NCBI GenBank assembly: GCA_050012255.1
Contig: JBEKHN010000001.1
Coordinates: 96,001 to 160,000, forward strand
DNA length: 64,000 nucleotides
Source: Candidatus Bathyarchaeia archaeon
Lineage (GTDB): Archaea; Thermoproteota; Bathyarchaeia; Bathyarchaeales; Bathycorpusculaceae
Direction: 5' to 3'
Shown here: positions 20,281 to 29,657 of the stretch, piece after piece
How positions within the stretch are numbered: the stretch's first letter is position 1
Layout of the letters: each line of letters opens with the position of its first letter
Notes under the pieces: generated by a model
What the model saw: only the letters and a program-made list of their open reading frames with translations
Told to the model about the DNA's origin: nothing
The model's database searches: none
Translations under genes and position numbers: made by a program

Positions 20281-20372
20281 CTTCTTGCCTTCTTCTGAGA
20301 ATCGACCCTGTGAAGGCAAAACGCATTAGAGAACACCTGCAAATAGCGCGCTAAGTGAAAGCGTGGCAGCCC

Positions 20373-20399
20373 GTCCCCATACCAAAAGGGTTAGGGGCC
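20373..20399. repeat. 27-bp T-arm-like palindrome G (degenerate)
   Basis: GTCCCCATACC-AAAAG-GGTTAGGGGCC, preceded by GCAGCCC (GCTGCCC in copies B/E). Confidence 0.7.
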
Positions 20400-20484
20400 T
20401 GACCCTCCTAAGCTGCTTTGAGATTTAGTTCTCTCTTCAGGTTTCGCTTTAGCGCGCGCGTACAAAGCTATAGCAGATGCGCCG

Positions 20485-20512
20485 GGATGTGAACCCAAAA
20501 GGGTTCAAGTCC
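20485..20512. repeat. 28-bp T-arm-like palindrome H
   Basis: GGATGTGAACC-CAAAAG-GGTTCAAGTCC. Confidence 0.85.
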
Positions 20513-20698
20513 CAACCAAAACCGAACTGTGGTGGAGCCCCAAGCACCCACTCGAACCGTGCCAGTAACCATTCCCCATCTGAAAACGCCATGCCTGCCT
20601 CTTCAAGGCTTGTTACCACACAACATTACCACTGACGTTACTTAAAAAGTACGGGGGAGTCAACTTCGAACACTTCACCTACTATATGCGCTAGCGTG

Positions 20699-21052
20699 CT
20701 AAGCTATGCAAGTGTAGAGATATTGCCTGTTCTTTTCTCCAGCTTCCGCGATAACGCCGTTCTTTCTGAGAGCTATAATGTGCTGAACTATCACGCTGGG
20801 CTGAAGCCCAGTTAACTGCGAGATCTCCTCCACCGTAAGCGGGCCTTTTTCCTTGAGGGCACCCTTGATCAGGCTTCTTTCAACCTCATCGTGCATAATC
20901 GAATCCACTGCTTTCTTGTACTTGTCTTCCTCAACTTCCACTTTTATCTGCGATCTTCCCATAACCCACCGCAACCTCTGGGACTTGAAAGCATCTATTG
21001 TCGCGTCAGTCCTTCTCTTCATCTTCTCCTTCTTTTCGCTCATCATTTCCAC
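20699..21052 (-). CDS. winged-helix protein ending the hdr/mvhD operon
   Basis: LTVEEISQLTGLQPSVIVQHIIAL HTH; abuts mvhD. Confidence 0.75.
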   Translation of the reverse strand: MEMMSEKKEKMKRRTDATIDAFKSQRLRWVMGRSQIKVEVEEDKYKKAVDSIMHDEVERSLIKGALKEKGPLTVEEISQLTGLQPSVIVQHIIALRKNGVIAEAGEKNRQYLYTCIA

Positions 21053-21511
21053 CTATTTCGAGTTCCCGGTGACTCGGAAAGGACTGGGCCCCAAGGCCTT
21101 CACCTGCTCCGTCATTTCTCTGATCAGAGCTGCCCACTTTCCTCCCTCACTCGCTGAGACCCACTCGAGCCTTACACGTTCCGATTCAATGCCTATGCTC
21201 TGAACGGCTTTCTTGATGTACTCAAACCTCTTTTCCATCAGGTAGTTGCCCTTTTGGTAGTGGCAGTCACCTGGGTGACAACCAGCGATTATGACTCCGT
21301 CGGCTCCCATGCTCAGTGCTTCCAGCACTAGCGTCGGGTCCATTCTGCCGGTGCACATTACTCGTACGATTCTGATGTTTGTCGGGTATTCGAATCGACT
21401 CGTCCCGGCCAGGTCTGCGCCTGCGTAGGAGCACCAGTTGCAGCAGTAAGCGACGATTACTGGTTCAAACTCCTCCTTCGTCTTCTCTCCAAGAACGTCT
21501 TGTTTCGCCAT
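21053..21511 (-). CDS. mvhD: hydrogenase iron-sulfur subunit MvhD
   Basis: CNWCSYAGAD, MCTGR, GCHPGDCHY, WVSASEG. Confidence 0.95.
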   Translation of the reverse strand: MAKQDVLGEKTKEEFEPVIVAYCCNWCSYAGADLAGTSRFEYPTNIRIVRVMCTGRMDPTLVLEALSMGADGVIIAGCHPGDCHYQKGNYLMEKRFEYIKKAVQSIGIESERVRLEWVSASEGGKWAALIREMTEQVKALGPSPFRVTGNSK

Positions 21512-23302
21512 TTAGGATGCTACCTCCTTTAGGGCCTCAGGCATCAGAAGCGCCTTCACTTGAGCAAGTATCTGATTTTCGCTGAAGTGACGCATCGTTA
21601 TCGCTCGTTTCGGACACTCTGCGGCGCATGAACCGCACCCTCTGCAGAGCACCTCTAGGACTTTTGACTTGCCATCCTGAACCTTGGGCGCTCCGTAGGG
21701 ACAGATCTCCTCGCACAGGCCACACCCGATGCATTGATCCTCGTCCACGACCGCTGTTATCGCCTCCGTTCGAACCTTTCCGTTGCCCATTAAGATTGAC
21801 GCTCTAGCCGCTGCTGCTTCGCCCCCGATTATGCTCTCTGAAACGTCCTTCGGGCCGGAAACGGTGCCCGCGACGAAAACGCCGTCCACGTTCGTGTCCA
21901 CTGGTCTGAGCTTCAAGTGCGCTTCCATCATGAAACCGTCGGTTCCTATCGGGACCTTCAGCATTCTTCCAAGCGTTATCTCATCCTTGTTTGGAATGAG
22001 CGGGGTTGAAAGAACAACCCAGTCTGATGGGAATCTGACCTCAAGGCCGGCCAACGCGTCATAGGCTATTACTGCGAGTTTGCCGCCTGACTCCTGTACA
22101 ACTTCGGGCTTCACCTCTTCAATGTGCCTCACAAACCTCACTTCAAGATCTCTTGCCTTCCGATAGAAGTCTTCGTATTCCTTGTAGACTCTTAGGTCTC
22201 CAAAGAGCACGACAACGTCTGTCTTGGGTGACTTTTCTTTCACAAGTATAGCGTTCTTTATGGCGTTCATGCAGCAGATTCTTGAACAGTAGGGCCATCC
22301 TTCCTCCTTTCGTGCCTTGAGGATCTTTCTGAGAAGCTCGGCTGTGTCTGATTTTGGAAAGGCCTCAAGCTCGGACGGTCGGATTTCACCTTTCCTTGCT
22401 CCAACGCATTGTATCATCACGACTCTTTCCGGCGTCCCAAGCTCGTCTTTTCTCAGCATCCCGTCGAGTTCTCTCTGTGTTATCACGTGGTCGCTCACGC
22501 CATACTGGTAGAAGCCGTTCGGAGGTGTGTAGTTAGAGGAGCCGGAGGCCACTATTATCGTGCCAACTTTAACTTCCGCATCACCTTTCGGGCCTGTCAG
22601 GACAGCGTTGAAGTTTCCAACGTAGCCGCTGACGTCCTTGAGGGTTGTTGACGTCATGAGTTCAATGTTCTCGTGAGACTTCACGGCTTTCACCATGGGT
22701 CCGACAACTTCGGAGGAATCTTCCAGTGTTGGGTACAGTTTGTAAAGCCAACGTGTAATCCCGCCTGGTTCCTTCTCCTTCTCGGCCAAGTACACCTTGA
22801 AGCCCTGGTTTGCCATGGAAATCGCTGCTGATAACCCAGCCACTCCCGCTCCGATCACGAGCGAAACATCCTTAACCTCAACTTCCGGTTCAGTCTCAGG
22901 CTCAAGCAGAGCAGCTTTTGCCACAGCCATCCTGACGATGTCCTTGGCCTTTTCTGTCGCTTTCTGATGCTCATGCCCGTGCACCCAGCTGACATGTTCG
23001 CGGAGGTTGGCCATTTCGAACAGGTATGGGTTCAAGCCTCCCTCCCTGCAGCAAGCCCGGAACAAGGGCTCGTGCGTTCTCGGCGTGCAGGATGCGACAA
23101 CAACACGGTTCAGACCGTGCTCCTTGATTGCTTCTTTTATGGCGTCCAACCCAGCTTCTGAGCACGTGTAGAGGTTGTACTCGGCGTGAGCTACATTCCG
23201 AAGTTTCTTCGCGTACGCAGTGACTTCTGGAACGTTGACTACACCGCCGATGTTGACTCCGCAGCTGCAGATGAAGACGCCTACGCGTGGTTCTTCCGTC
23301 AT
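21512..23302 (-). CDS. hdrA: heterodisulfide reductase A-like, second module
   Basis: VFICSCG, CTPRTHE, GAGVAG FAD motif, QCVGAR, CSRICC, EAHLKLRP, C-terminal 2[4Fe-4S]. Confidence 0.92.
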   Translation of the reverse strand: MTEEPRVGVFICSCGVNIGGVVNVPEVTAYAKKLRNVAHAEYNLYTCSEAGLDAIKEAIKEHGLNRVVVASCTPRTHEPLFRACCREGGLNPYLFEMANLREHVSWVHGHEHQKATEKAKDIVRMAVAKAALLEPETEPEVEVKDVSLVIGAGVAGLSAAISMANQGFKVYLAEKEKEPGGITRWLYKLYPTLEDSSEVVGPMVKAVKSHENIELMTSTTLKDVSGYVGNFNAVLTGPKGDAEVKVGTIIVASGSSNYTPPNGFYQYGVSDHVITQRELDGMLRKDELGTPERVVMIQCVGARKGEIRPSELEAFPKSDTAELLRKILKARKEEGWPYCSRICCMNAIKNAILVKEKSPKTDVVVLFGDLRVYKEYEDFYRKARDLEVRFVRHIEEVKPEVVQESGGKLAVIAYDALAGLEVRFPSDWVVLSTPLIPNKDEITLGRMLKVPIGTDGFMMEAHLKLRPVDTNVDGVFVAGTVSGPKDVSESIIGGEAAAARASILMGNGKVRTEAITAVVDEDQCIGCGLCEEICPYGAPKVQDGKSKVLEVLCRGCGSCAAECPKRAITMRHFSENQILAQVKALLMPEALKEVAS

Positions 23303-24607
23303 CTATGCTGCCTCCTTAATCTTCAAGAGTTCAGCCACTCGACCGGCCGTGGCACTTCCCTGAGTTATCGAGTCTGGAATGTCTCCTGTCTTGGGACCCA
23401 CGCAGTAACCGCAGGCAAAAATGCCTGGCACAGTGGTGTCCAACGGTCTCCTCACAGAATCTTCCAGCTTGAAGAATCCATAATTGTCCAGCTGCACTCC
23501 CACCGTCTTCGACAGCTCGGCAACCCCTTCGCTTGGGACCAAGGCTGGACTCAGCACCACAAGATCAAAAGGGATACTCTGAACAGTTCGGGTTATCGGG
23601 TCCTCAAAGCAAACGATCAGGTTGCCCGTCTTCGGGTCCTCTGAGATCTCTCCAGGATTGCTTCGAATGAACTCTACTCCAAACTCGGACTTCGCCCTGT
23701 TCACGAACTCTTGGAAACCTTTGCCGAACGCCCGCATGTCTATGTAGAAAATAGTGACGAGAGAACTCGGTTCATGTTCTTTTATGAGTACCGCGTCCTT
23801 GACCGCATACTTGCAGCAGATGCTTGAACAGTAGGAGTGGCCGATCCAGCTTCTTCTGTCACGGGAACCCACGCACTGAATGAAAGCTATGCTTCTTGGT
23901 ATTTTGCCATCCGATGGTCTCATCAGATGTCCGCCAGTTGGACCTGATGCACACAGAAGGCGTTCGAGTTCCATGGCCGTAACGACGTTCTTGAAGCGCT
24001 TGTATCCGTATTGCGCTATCACTGAGGGGTTGAACACGTCGAAGCCTGTTGCAAGAACTATCGCTCCAACGTCAAGTTCAATCTCTTCTGGTTGTTGAGC
24101 CCTGTTCACGGCCTTGTTTGGGCAGACCTTATCGCAAAGACCGCACTCAACGCAGCTTTCCTTGTCTATGACTGCGACCCTCGGCACTGCCTGCATGAAG
24201 GGCATGTAGATAGCCTTTCTCACGCCTATGTACTCATCAAACTCGTTAAGTGCTTCAGTAGGGCAGTTCTGCGCACAGATCAGGCATCCGCTGCACTTTT
24301 TCTCGTCAACATATCTCGGCTTCTTGAGAACTGTGACCTTGAAGTTGCCAGCAGAGCCTTTTACAGCCTTCACTTCCGAATAAGTCAATAGCTGAACGTT
24401 CGGGTGGTGAGAGCACTCTATCATCTTTGGCGCTAGAATGCACATCGAGCAGTCCATCGTCGGGAAGGTCTTATCTAACTGCGCCATCCTTCCGCCTATG
24501 CTTGGTCTCTTCTCAACCAAGTATACTTTTAAGCCCCTGTTCGCCAAGTCTAGAGAAGCTTGTATGCCCGCTATGCCGCCTCCTACTACCATGACTGCTT
24601 TCGGCAT
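23303..24607 (-). CDS. hdrA: heterodisulfide reductase A-like, first module
   Basis: GGGIAG, LDKTFPT, inserted ferredoxin, QCVGSRD, CSSICC. Confidence 0.92.
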   Translation of the reverse strand: MPKAVMVVGGGIAGIQASLDLANRGLKVYLVEKRPSIGGRMAQLDKTFPTMDCSMCILAPKMIECSHHPNVQLLTYSEVKAVKGSAGNFKVTVLKKPRYVDEKKCSGCLICAQNCPTEALNEFDEYIGVRKAIYMPFMQAVPRVAVIDKESCVECGLCDKVCPNKAVNRAQQPEEIELDVGAIVLATGFDVFNPSVIAQYGYKRFKNVVTAMELERLLCASGPTGGHLMRPSDGKIPRSIAFIQCVGSRDRRSWIGHSYCSSICCKYAVKDAVLIKEHEPSSLVTIFYIDMRAFGKGFQEFVNRAKSEFGVEFIRSNPGEISEDPKTGNLIVCFEDPITRTVQSIPFDLVVLSPALVPSEGVAELSKTVGVQLDNYGFFKLEDSVRRPLDTTVPGIFACGYCVGPKTGDIPDSITQGSATAGRVAELLKIKEAA

Positions 24608-24608
24608 A

Positions 24609-25493
24609 TCATTTCGCCTCCGCCATGTCCAATATTTTCGTGATCGGAATCCTGTGGGCTTTAACTTCCCAATCTTCCAGTTTGATGCCCATCGCTATCC
24701 TGAGCAACTCGGCAAAATGCAGCACTGGGAAGTTGTAGTCTTCGTTTAGGTGCCTTTTAATCTCTATCTGTCCCATGTCGAGTTCCAGATAGCAGAATGG
24801 ACACACAGTTGTTATACAATCAACACCAGCGGCCCTCATACAATCCAGTTTTTGCTTCGCCACCTGCAACGCAACTTCATCGTTGATGCCTCGAAGCGGG
24901 CCGCCGCAGCAAGCCTCTTTTCTCTCGTACGGGACAGATATTGCACCTGTCGCCTCCACGAGCTTTTCCAAGGCCAGTTGACCTATTTGCTGTTCAAAAT
25001 GTATCCGTTTAGGCTTTGTCAGGTGGCATCCTGGCTGCACTGCCACTCGAAGTCCATCGAATGGTTTCTTGACCGCGTCCTTCACCTTTTCTAAGCCCAC
25101 GTTCTCGTACAAAACGTCGCTGAAGATTTTGACGTCTGTCTTACCTTTGAACTCCATGCTCACATCAGAGAGGATCTTGTTCACCCTGTCTCGCAGCTCC
25201 TTGTCCTCTTTCAAAAGCGTGTTCACTGCCAGAAGAGATTCGTAGCAGTCGTTGCACAGTGTCATGATGTTAAGTCCCATCTGCTCAGCTATGCAGAGGT
25301 TTCTGGCAGCTAACGCAAGCCAACTGGTGTAGTCCAAAGATTGAATGCTGAACGGAGCACAGCAGTTTGCGCCATCCATGTCGACAAGCTCCACGCCGAG
25401 TTGAGGAAGAATCTTTCGAACTGAATTCTCGTAGTGCGGTTGCCTAGCAGGTATCAAACAGCCCAAGAAGAAAGCATATTTCACAGATATCAC
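24609..25493 (-). CDS. hdrB: heterodisulfide reductase subunit B
   Basis: FLGC, CCAP, CNDC, GCH, CCGG, CPFC. Confidence 0.92.
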   Translation of the reverse strand: MISVKYAFFLGCLIPARQPHYENSVRKILPQLGVELVDMDGANCCAPFSIQSLDYTSWLALAARNLCIAEQMGLNIMTLCNDCYESLLAVNTLLKEDKELRDRVNKILSDVSMEFKGKTDVKIFSDVLYENVGLEKVKDAVKKPFDGLRVAVQPGCHLTKPKRIHFEQQIGQLALEKLVEATGAISVPYERKEACCGGPLRGINDEVALQVAKQKLDCMRAAGVDCITTVCPFCYLELDMGQIEIKRHLNEDYNFPVLHFAELLRIAMGIKLEDWEVKAHRIPITKILDMAEAK

Positions 25494-25993
25494 GAACCCT
25501 TCTTCAGCAACTTGTCGAAATGGGTCTTTTTGAGAATCTTCTGCACGGCTTTAACATCAACCGCCGGTTCTTTGCACAAACCATACTTCTCCCTTTGAAT
25601 CACGGCCATCCTGCCTGCAGTCACGACTCGCCCGTTGTCATACAGACTTTGAGCTTGGACAAGTATGCCCTCAGGAATGTTTCCCTGTTTTGCAGTCAAG
25701 TTTCTTATTGCAAACATGGCCTCTCCCACGTCTCCGCCTTGTGGACACCTGTCAAGGCAGGTGAAACATGATAGACAGTACCATGGTAACTGTCCGTCGA
25801 GCACGTCGGAACGCAACCCTAGTATGATCATTTCCATCAGCTTCCGAGGGTTATGTTCTCGTACAACCTTGGAAACGGGACAACTGCTTGTACATCTTCC
25901 GCACTGTATACACGCAAGGACCCCTCGTCCCCTGGGCGTGTTGGCAACTTCATGCATGAAGTTGGCGTCCAAGTGACTCAATGAAATCACCAT
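25490..25993 (-). CDS. hdrC: heterodisulfide reductase subunit C
   Basis: CIQCGRCTSSCP and CLSCFTCLDRCP. Confidence 0.92.
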   Translation of the reverse strand: MVISLSHLDANFMHEVANTPRGRGVLACIQCGRCTSSCPVSKVVREHNPRKLMEMIILGLRSDVLDGQLPWYCLSCFTCLDRCPQGGDVGEAMFAIRNLTAKQGNIPEGILVQAQSLYDNGRVVTAGRMAVIQREKYGLCKEPAVDVKAVQKILKKTHFDKLLKKGS

Positions 25994-26112
25994 TACGTTC
26001 TAGTTTGGACCGCATGCTAATAAGAGTATAGCTTTGGACTTAAACGTCCATATGAATCAAGAAAAGAGATGTTACACTCCTGTTTTTGATCGTTCCCGAA
26101 GCTGTTAGAACA

Positions 26113-26150
26113 ATGTAGATTTCACGTGAGAAATGACATCAAATTAATAA
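26113..26150. promoter_or_regulatory. imperfect inverted repeat next to a TATA-like box in the divergent hdr promoter region
   Basis: ATGT-AG-ATTTC-ACGTGA-GAAAT-G-ACAT followed by AAATTAATAA, ~50 nt upstream of hdrA. Confidence 0.35.
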
Positions 26151-26199
26151 GGGGGTTTACATATGGAAAGCTTTTGAATCCATTCAAGGATGAAAAATT

Positions 26200-29100
26200 A
26201 TGAACGGGAAAGTCGGCGCCGTTCTAGTCGTCGGCGGCGGAGTCGCCGGTATTCAAGCATCCTTGGATCTGGCGGATTCTGGTTTTAAGGTTTACCTTCT
26301 TGACGAGTCAACAAGCATCGGCGGAACGATGGCGCAGCTGGACAAAACGTTTCCAACTAACGATTGTTCCATGTGCATTTTGGCGCCGAAACTCGTTACC
26401 GCAGGCAGACATCCGAACATTCAACTCTTGACTTATTCTGAATTACAAGAGGTTAAGGGTAAAGCTGGGAATTTCGAAGTCACAATACTGAAGCATCCGC
26501 AATTTGTGAACGTTGAAAAGTGCACGGGCTGCGGCGTTTGTGCACAGAACTGCCCAACTGAGGTGCCGAACGAGTTTGACGTTGACATGGGCATAAGAAA
26601 AGCCATCTACGTTCCTTTTCCCCAAGCAGTGCCGCTGAAATACTGCATCGACCAGGATCACTGCATCAAATGTCGTCTCTGCGAAAGAGTGTGTCCGGCT
26701 AAGGCCGTGGACTTTGACCAGAAGCCTGAAACGCTCAAAATCAACGTTGGATCCATAATACTGGCGCCTGGGTTTGAAGAATTCGACCCCCGGCTGAAAA
26801 AAGAGTATGGTTACGGCCGTTTCTTGAACGTTGTTTCGAGCATAGAATTTGAGCGCATTCTGAGCGCTTCCGGCCCGTTCGGCGGAAAAATCGTGCGCCC
26901 ACTCGATGGGATGATACCCCGAAAGATTGCTTTTGTGCAATGTGTTGGCTCTCGTGACGCTCAGCTTGGAAACAACTACTGTTCTGCTGCATGCTGCATG
27001 TACGGCATCAAAGAAGCCGTCATCGCCAAAGAGCACAGCGCCTTCCCCCTAGATTGTACAATCTTCTACATGGACATGCGTTGCTACGGAAAGGAGTTTG
27101 ACGCTTACTATAACCGAGCCCAGGGGGAATGGGGCGTTAACTTTGTCAGGTCAAGGGTGGCAAGCATCTCAGAGGACCCGTTGACTGGAAACCTGGTTCT
27201 GCACTACGTTGAGAATGAGGAACCTAAGAAAGAAGAGTTTGACATGGTGGTCCTTTCAGTTGGAATGCGGCCTCCTAAGACTGCTCAAAAGCTCGCTGAA
27301 ATCCTAGAGATAAAGCTTAACAAGTACGGCTTCTGCGAGACAACGACCTTCGAGCCTATGGGAACGTCGAGGTCAGGCGTGTTTGTCTGCGGAGCCTTTT
27401 CGGCACCAAAGGACATTCCTGAAAGCGTTGCCCAATCAAGCGGTGCAGCATCAAAGGCCATGGGCATAATCGCAAGCGAAAGAGGAAAGTTGATAACTGC
27501 GAAAGTATACCCGCCTGAAAGAGACGTAAGCAAAGAACAAGCACGAATAGGAGTTTTCATTTGCCACTGCGGCATAAACATCGGCGGCGTAGTGAACGTC
27601 CCCAGAGTTGTGGATTATGCCAAGACCTTGCCCAACGTGGTTTACGCAGAAGCAAACGTCTACACGTGTTCTCAAGATACGCAGAAGTTGATGAGGGAGA
27701 AAATTCAGGAGCACAAGCTAAACCGTGTTGTCGTCGCCTCGTGTACTCCACGCACGCACGAACCCCTGTTCAAAGAAACAGTCCAAGAGGCGGGGCTGAA
27801 CCCATACCTCTTTGAGATGACTAACATTCGGGACCAGTGTAGTTGGGTGCACATGCATGAGCCTGAGAAGGCAACTCAGAAAGCCAAGGATTTGGTCAGG
27901 TCGATAGTTGCGAAGGCGGCCCTTCTGAAGCCGCTGGAGAAGCCGAAGATAAACGTTACACAAGTCGGCCTGGTCATAGGCGGCGGCGTTGCAGGCATGA
28001 CTGTGGCCTCTGAACTCGCCAACCAAGGGTTCGATGTTCATCTTGTTGAACGGGAAAAAGAGTTAGGTGGACATTTACGCACAATTCACTACCTGCTTGA
28101 ACCGGATGAAAAGCCGAATGAAAAGCTGGACAGCTTGATCAAGGCGGTCAGACAGAACGAGAAGATACACGTTTACACCGACGCAGAAGTAACTGATATC
28201 ACAGGGTTCGTTGGCAACTATAAGGCAAAAATCAAGCCGCACAAAGGCAAAGAGAAAGAAATCGACCTTGGCGTCGTAATAATAGCCACAGGCGCAACCG
28301 AGTACCTGCCAACAGAGTACCTTTACGGTCAAGACCCGAGAATCCTTACACAACACGAGCTGGAGGAAAAGCTAGCAGACGGCACATTCAAGGCCAATAA
28401 CGTTGTCATGATTCAATGTGTCGGAGCTCGAACCAAGGAACGACCAAACTGTGCAAGAATATGCTGCGGGCAGGCAATAAAGAACGCCTTGAAAATCAAG
28501 GAAGCATGTCCTGACACAGAGGTCCTAGTCCTGTACAAAGACGTCCGCGCGTACGGGTTCAAAGAGGACTACTATCGTGAAGCCTCAACGAAGGGCGTCT
28601 TGTTCGTCAATTATGAAGACGAACGGAAACCAAGAGTGGTAAATGAGAACGGCAAGCTCAAGGTGACCTTCTGGGAGCCTGTACTCAGGGAAGAAGTGAC
28701 AGTCGAACCGGACGTGGTGGTCTTGAGCGCAGCGACTATTCCGAACATTGACAATAAGCGTGTAGCCGAAATGCTGAAAGTACCTCTCACAAAGGACGGG
28801 TTCTTCTTGGAAGCCCACATGAAGCTCAGGCCTGTCGACTTTGCCACAGAAGGTGTCTTCCTCTGCGGAATGGCTCACTCACCGAAGTACATTGATGAAA
28901 GCATAGCCCAAGCATGCGCGGCTGCCGCAAGGGCAACAACCATACTGTCCAAGAAAACGCTCGAGACAGAAGGAATCATCGCAAAGGTCAACGAAGACCT
29001 CTGCAGCGGATGCAAAGTTTGTGAACACCTGTGCCCATACAGCGCCGTTGAGATGAAGGACAAGAATGGAAAGCCAATTGCGCATGTGATCGAAGCCATG

Positions 29101-29220
29101 TGCAAGGGCTGCGGCGCATGTGGAACAGCATGCCCGACCAAAGCAATTTCATTAGGACACTTCACTACGGAAGAGATACTTGCCCAGGTCAAAGCTGCCC
29201 TGGTGGAGGTGTGCCGATGA
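26200..29220 (+). CDS. hdrA: large heterodisulfide reductase A (two fused FAD modules)
   Basis: Two GGGVAG FAD motifs, LDKTFPT, CTPRTHE, EAHMKLRP, multiple ferredoxin motifs. Confidence 0.95.
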   Translation: MNGKVGAVLVVGGGVAGIQASLDLADSGFKVYLLDESTSIGGTMAQLDKTFPTNDCSMCILAPKLVTAGRHPNIQLLTYSELQEVKGKAGNFEVTILKHPQFVNVEKCTGCGVCAQNCPTEVPNEFDVDMGIRKAIYVPFPQAVPLKYCIDQDHCIKCRLCERVCPAKAVDFDQKPETLKINVGSIILAPGFEEFDPRLKKEYGYGRFLNVVSSIEFERILSASGPFGGKIVRPLDGMIPRKIAFVQCVGSRDAQLGNNYCSAACCMYGIKEAVIAKEHSAFPLDCTIFYMDMRCYGKEFDAYYNRAQGEWGVNFVRSRVASISEDPLTGNLVLHYVENEEPKKEEFDMVVLSVGMRPPKTAQKLAEILEIKLNKYGFCETTTFEPMGTSRSGVFVCGAFSAPKDIPESVAQSSGAASKAMGIIASERGKLITAKVYPPERDVSKEQARIGVFICHCGINIGGVVNVPRVVDYAKTLPNVVYAEANVYTCSQDTQKLMREKIQEHKLNRVVVASCTPRTHEPLFKETVQEAGLNPYLFEMTNIRDQCSWVHMHEPEKATQKAKDLVRSIVAKAALLKPLEKPKINVTQVGLVIGGGVAGMTVASELANQGFDVHLVEREKELGGHLRTIHYLLEPDEKPNEKLDSLIKAVRQNEKIHVYTDAEVTDITGFVGNYKAKIKPHKGKEKEIDLGVVIIATGATEYLPTEYLYGQDPRILTQHELEEKLADGTFKANNVVMIQCVGARTKERPNCARICCGQAIKNALKIKEACPDTEVLVLYKDVRAYGFKEDYYREASTKGVLFVNYEDERKPRVVNENGKLKVTFWEPVLREEVTVEPDVVVLSAATIPNIDNKRVAEMLKVPLTKDGFFLEAHMKLRPVDFATEGVFLCGMAHSPKYIDESIAQACAAAARATTILSKKTLETEGIIAKVNEDLCSGCKVCEHLCPYSAVEMKDKNGKPIAHVIEAMCKGCGACGTACPTKAISLGHFTTEEILAQVKAALVEVCR

Positions 29221-29657
29221 GCGACAAGGATGGGTTTGAACCGAAGATAATCGGGTTCCTGTGCAATTGGTGCAGTTATGCAGGCGCGGATCTGGCAGGA
29301 GTAAGCAGAATTCAGTATCCAACAAACATCAGGATCATACGCGTCATGTGCAGCGGCAGAATCGACCCAGCTTTCATTTTTGAGGCCTTCAAGGATGGCG
29401 CAGACGGAGTGCTCGTCGCTGGCTGCCATCTACCGTCCGACTGCCACTACATAAGTGGAAACTTTAAGGCTTTGAGAAGAATAACTCTGCTAAAGAACAC
29501 TTTGAAAGAACTCGGAATCGAACCTGAACGCGTGAGGCTCGAGTGGGTCTCAGCAAGTGAAGGAGACAAGTTTGCCACGATCGTACGCGACATGGTGGAA
29601 GACTTGAAGAAGATCGGGCCGAACCCCGTGAAAAACATGGAGGCTGAACCGAAATGA
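29217..29657 (+). CDS. mvhD: MvhD
   Basis: CNWCSYAGAD, MCSGR, GCHLPSDCHY; ATG overlaps hdrA stop. Confidence 0.95.
   Translation: MSDKDGFEPKIIGFLCNWCSYAGADLAGVSRIQYPTNIRIIRVMCSGRIDPAFIFEAFKDGADGVLVAGCHLPSDCHYISGNFKALRRITLLKNTLKELGIEPERVRLEWVSASEGDKFATIVRDMVEDLKKIGPNPVKNMEAEPK

Larger units (their letters stand above)
11362..20698. mobile_element. accessory/genomic island (no integrase visible)
   Basis: 11-bp direct repeat GCGCTAGCGTG at 11362-11372 and 20688-20698; tRNA fragment, repeated palindromes, pseudogenes, low coding density, compositional shifts. Confidence 0.6.

Noticed and set aside
17726-20343. 11-bp direct repeat ACACCTGCAAA (17726-17736 and 20333-20343)
   Set aside because: Short and could be chance; no independent support as a boundary.
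11472-20512. CRISPR array interpretation of the 28-bp palindromes
   Set aside because: Repeats are divergent, occur only 2-3 per cluster with 64-85-nt spacers, one spacer is duplicated, and no cas genes are present.
11333-20698. Integrase or transposase gene in the island
   Set aside because: No ORF with R-H-R-Y, DDE or HUH motifs was recognised.
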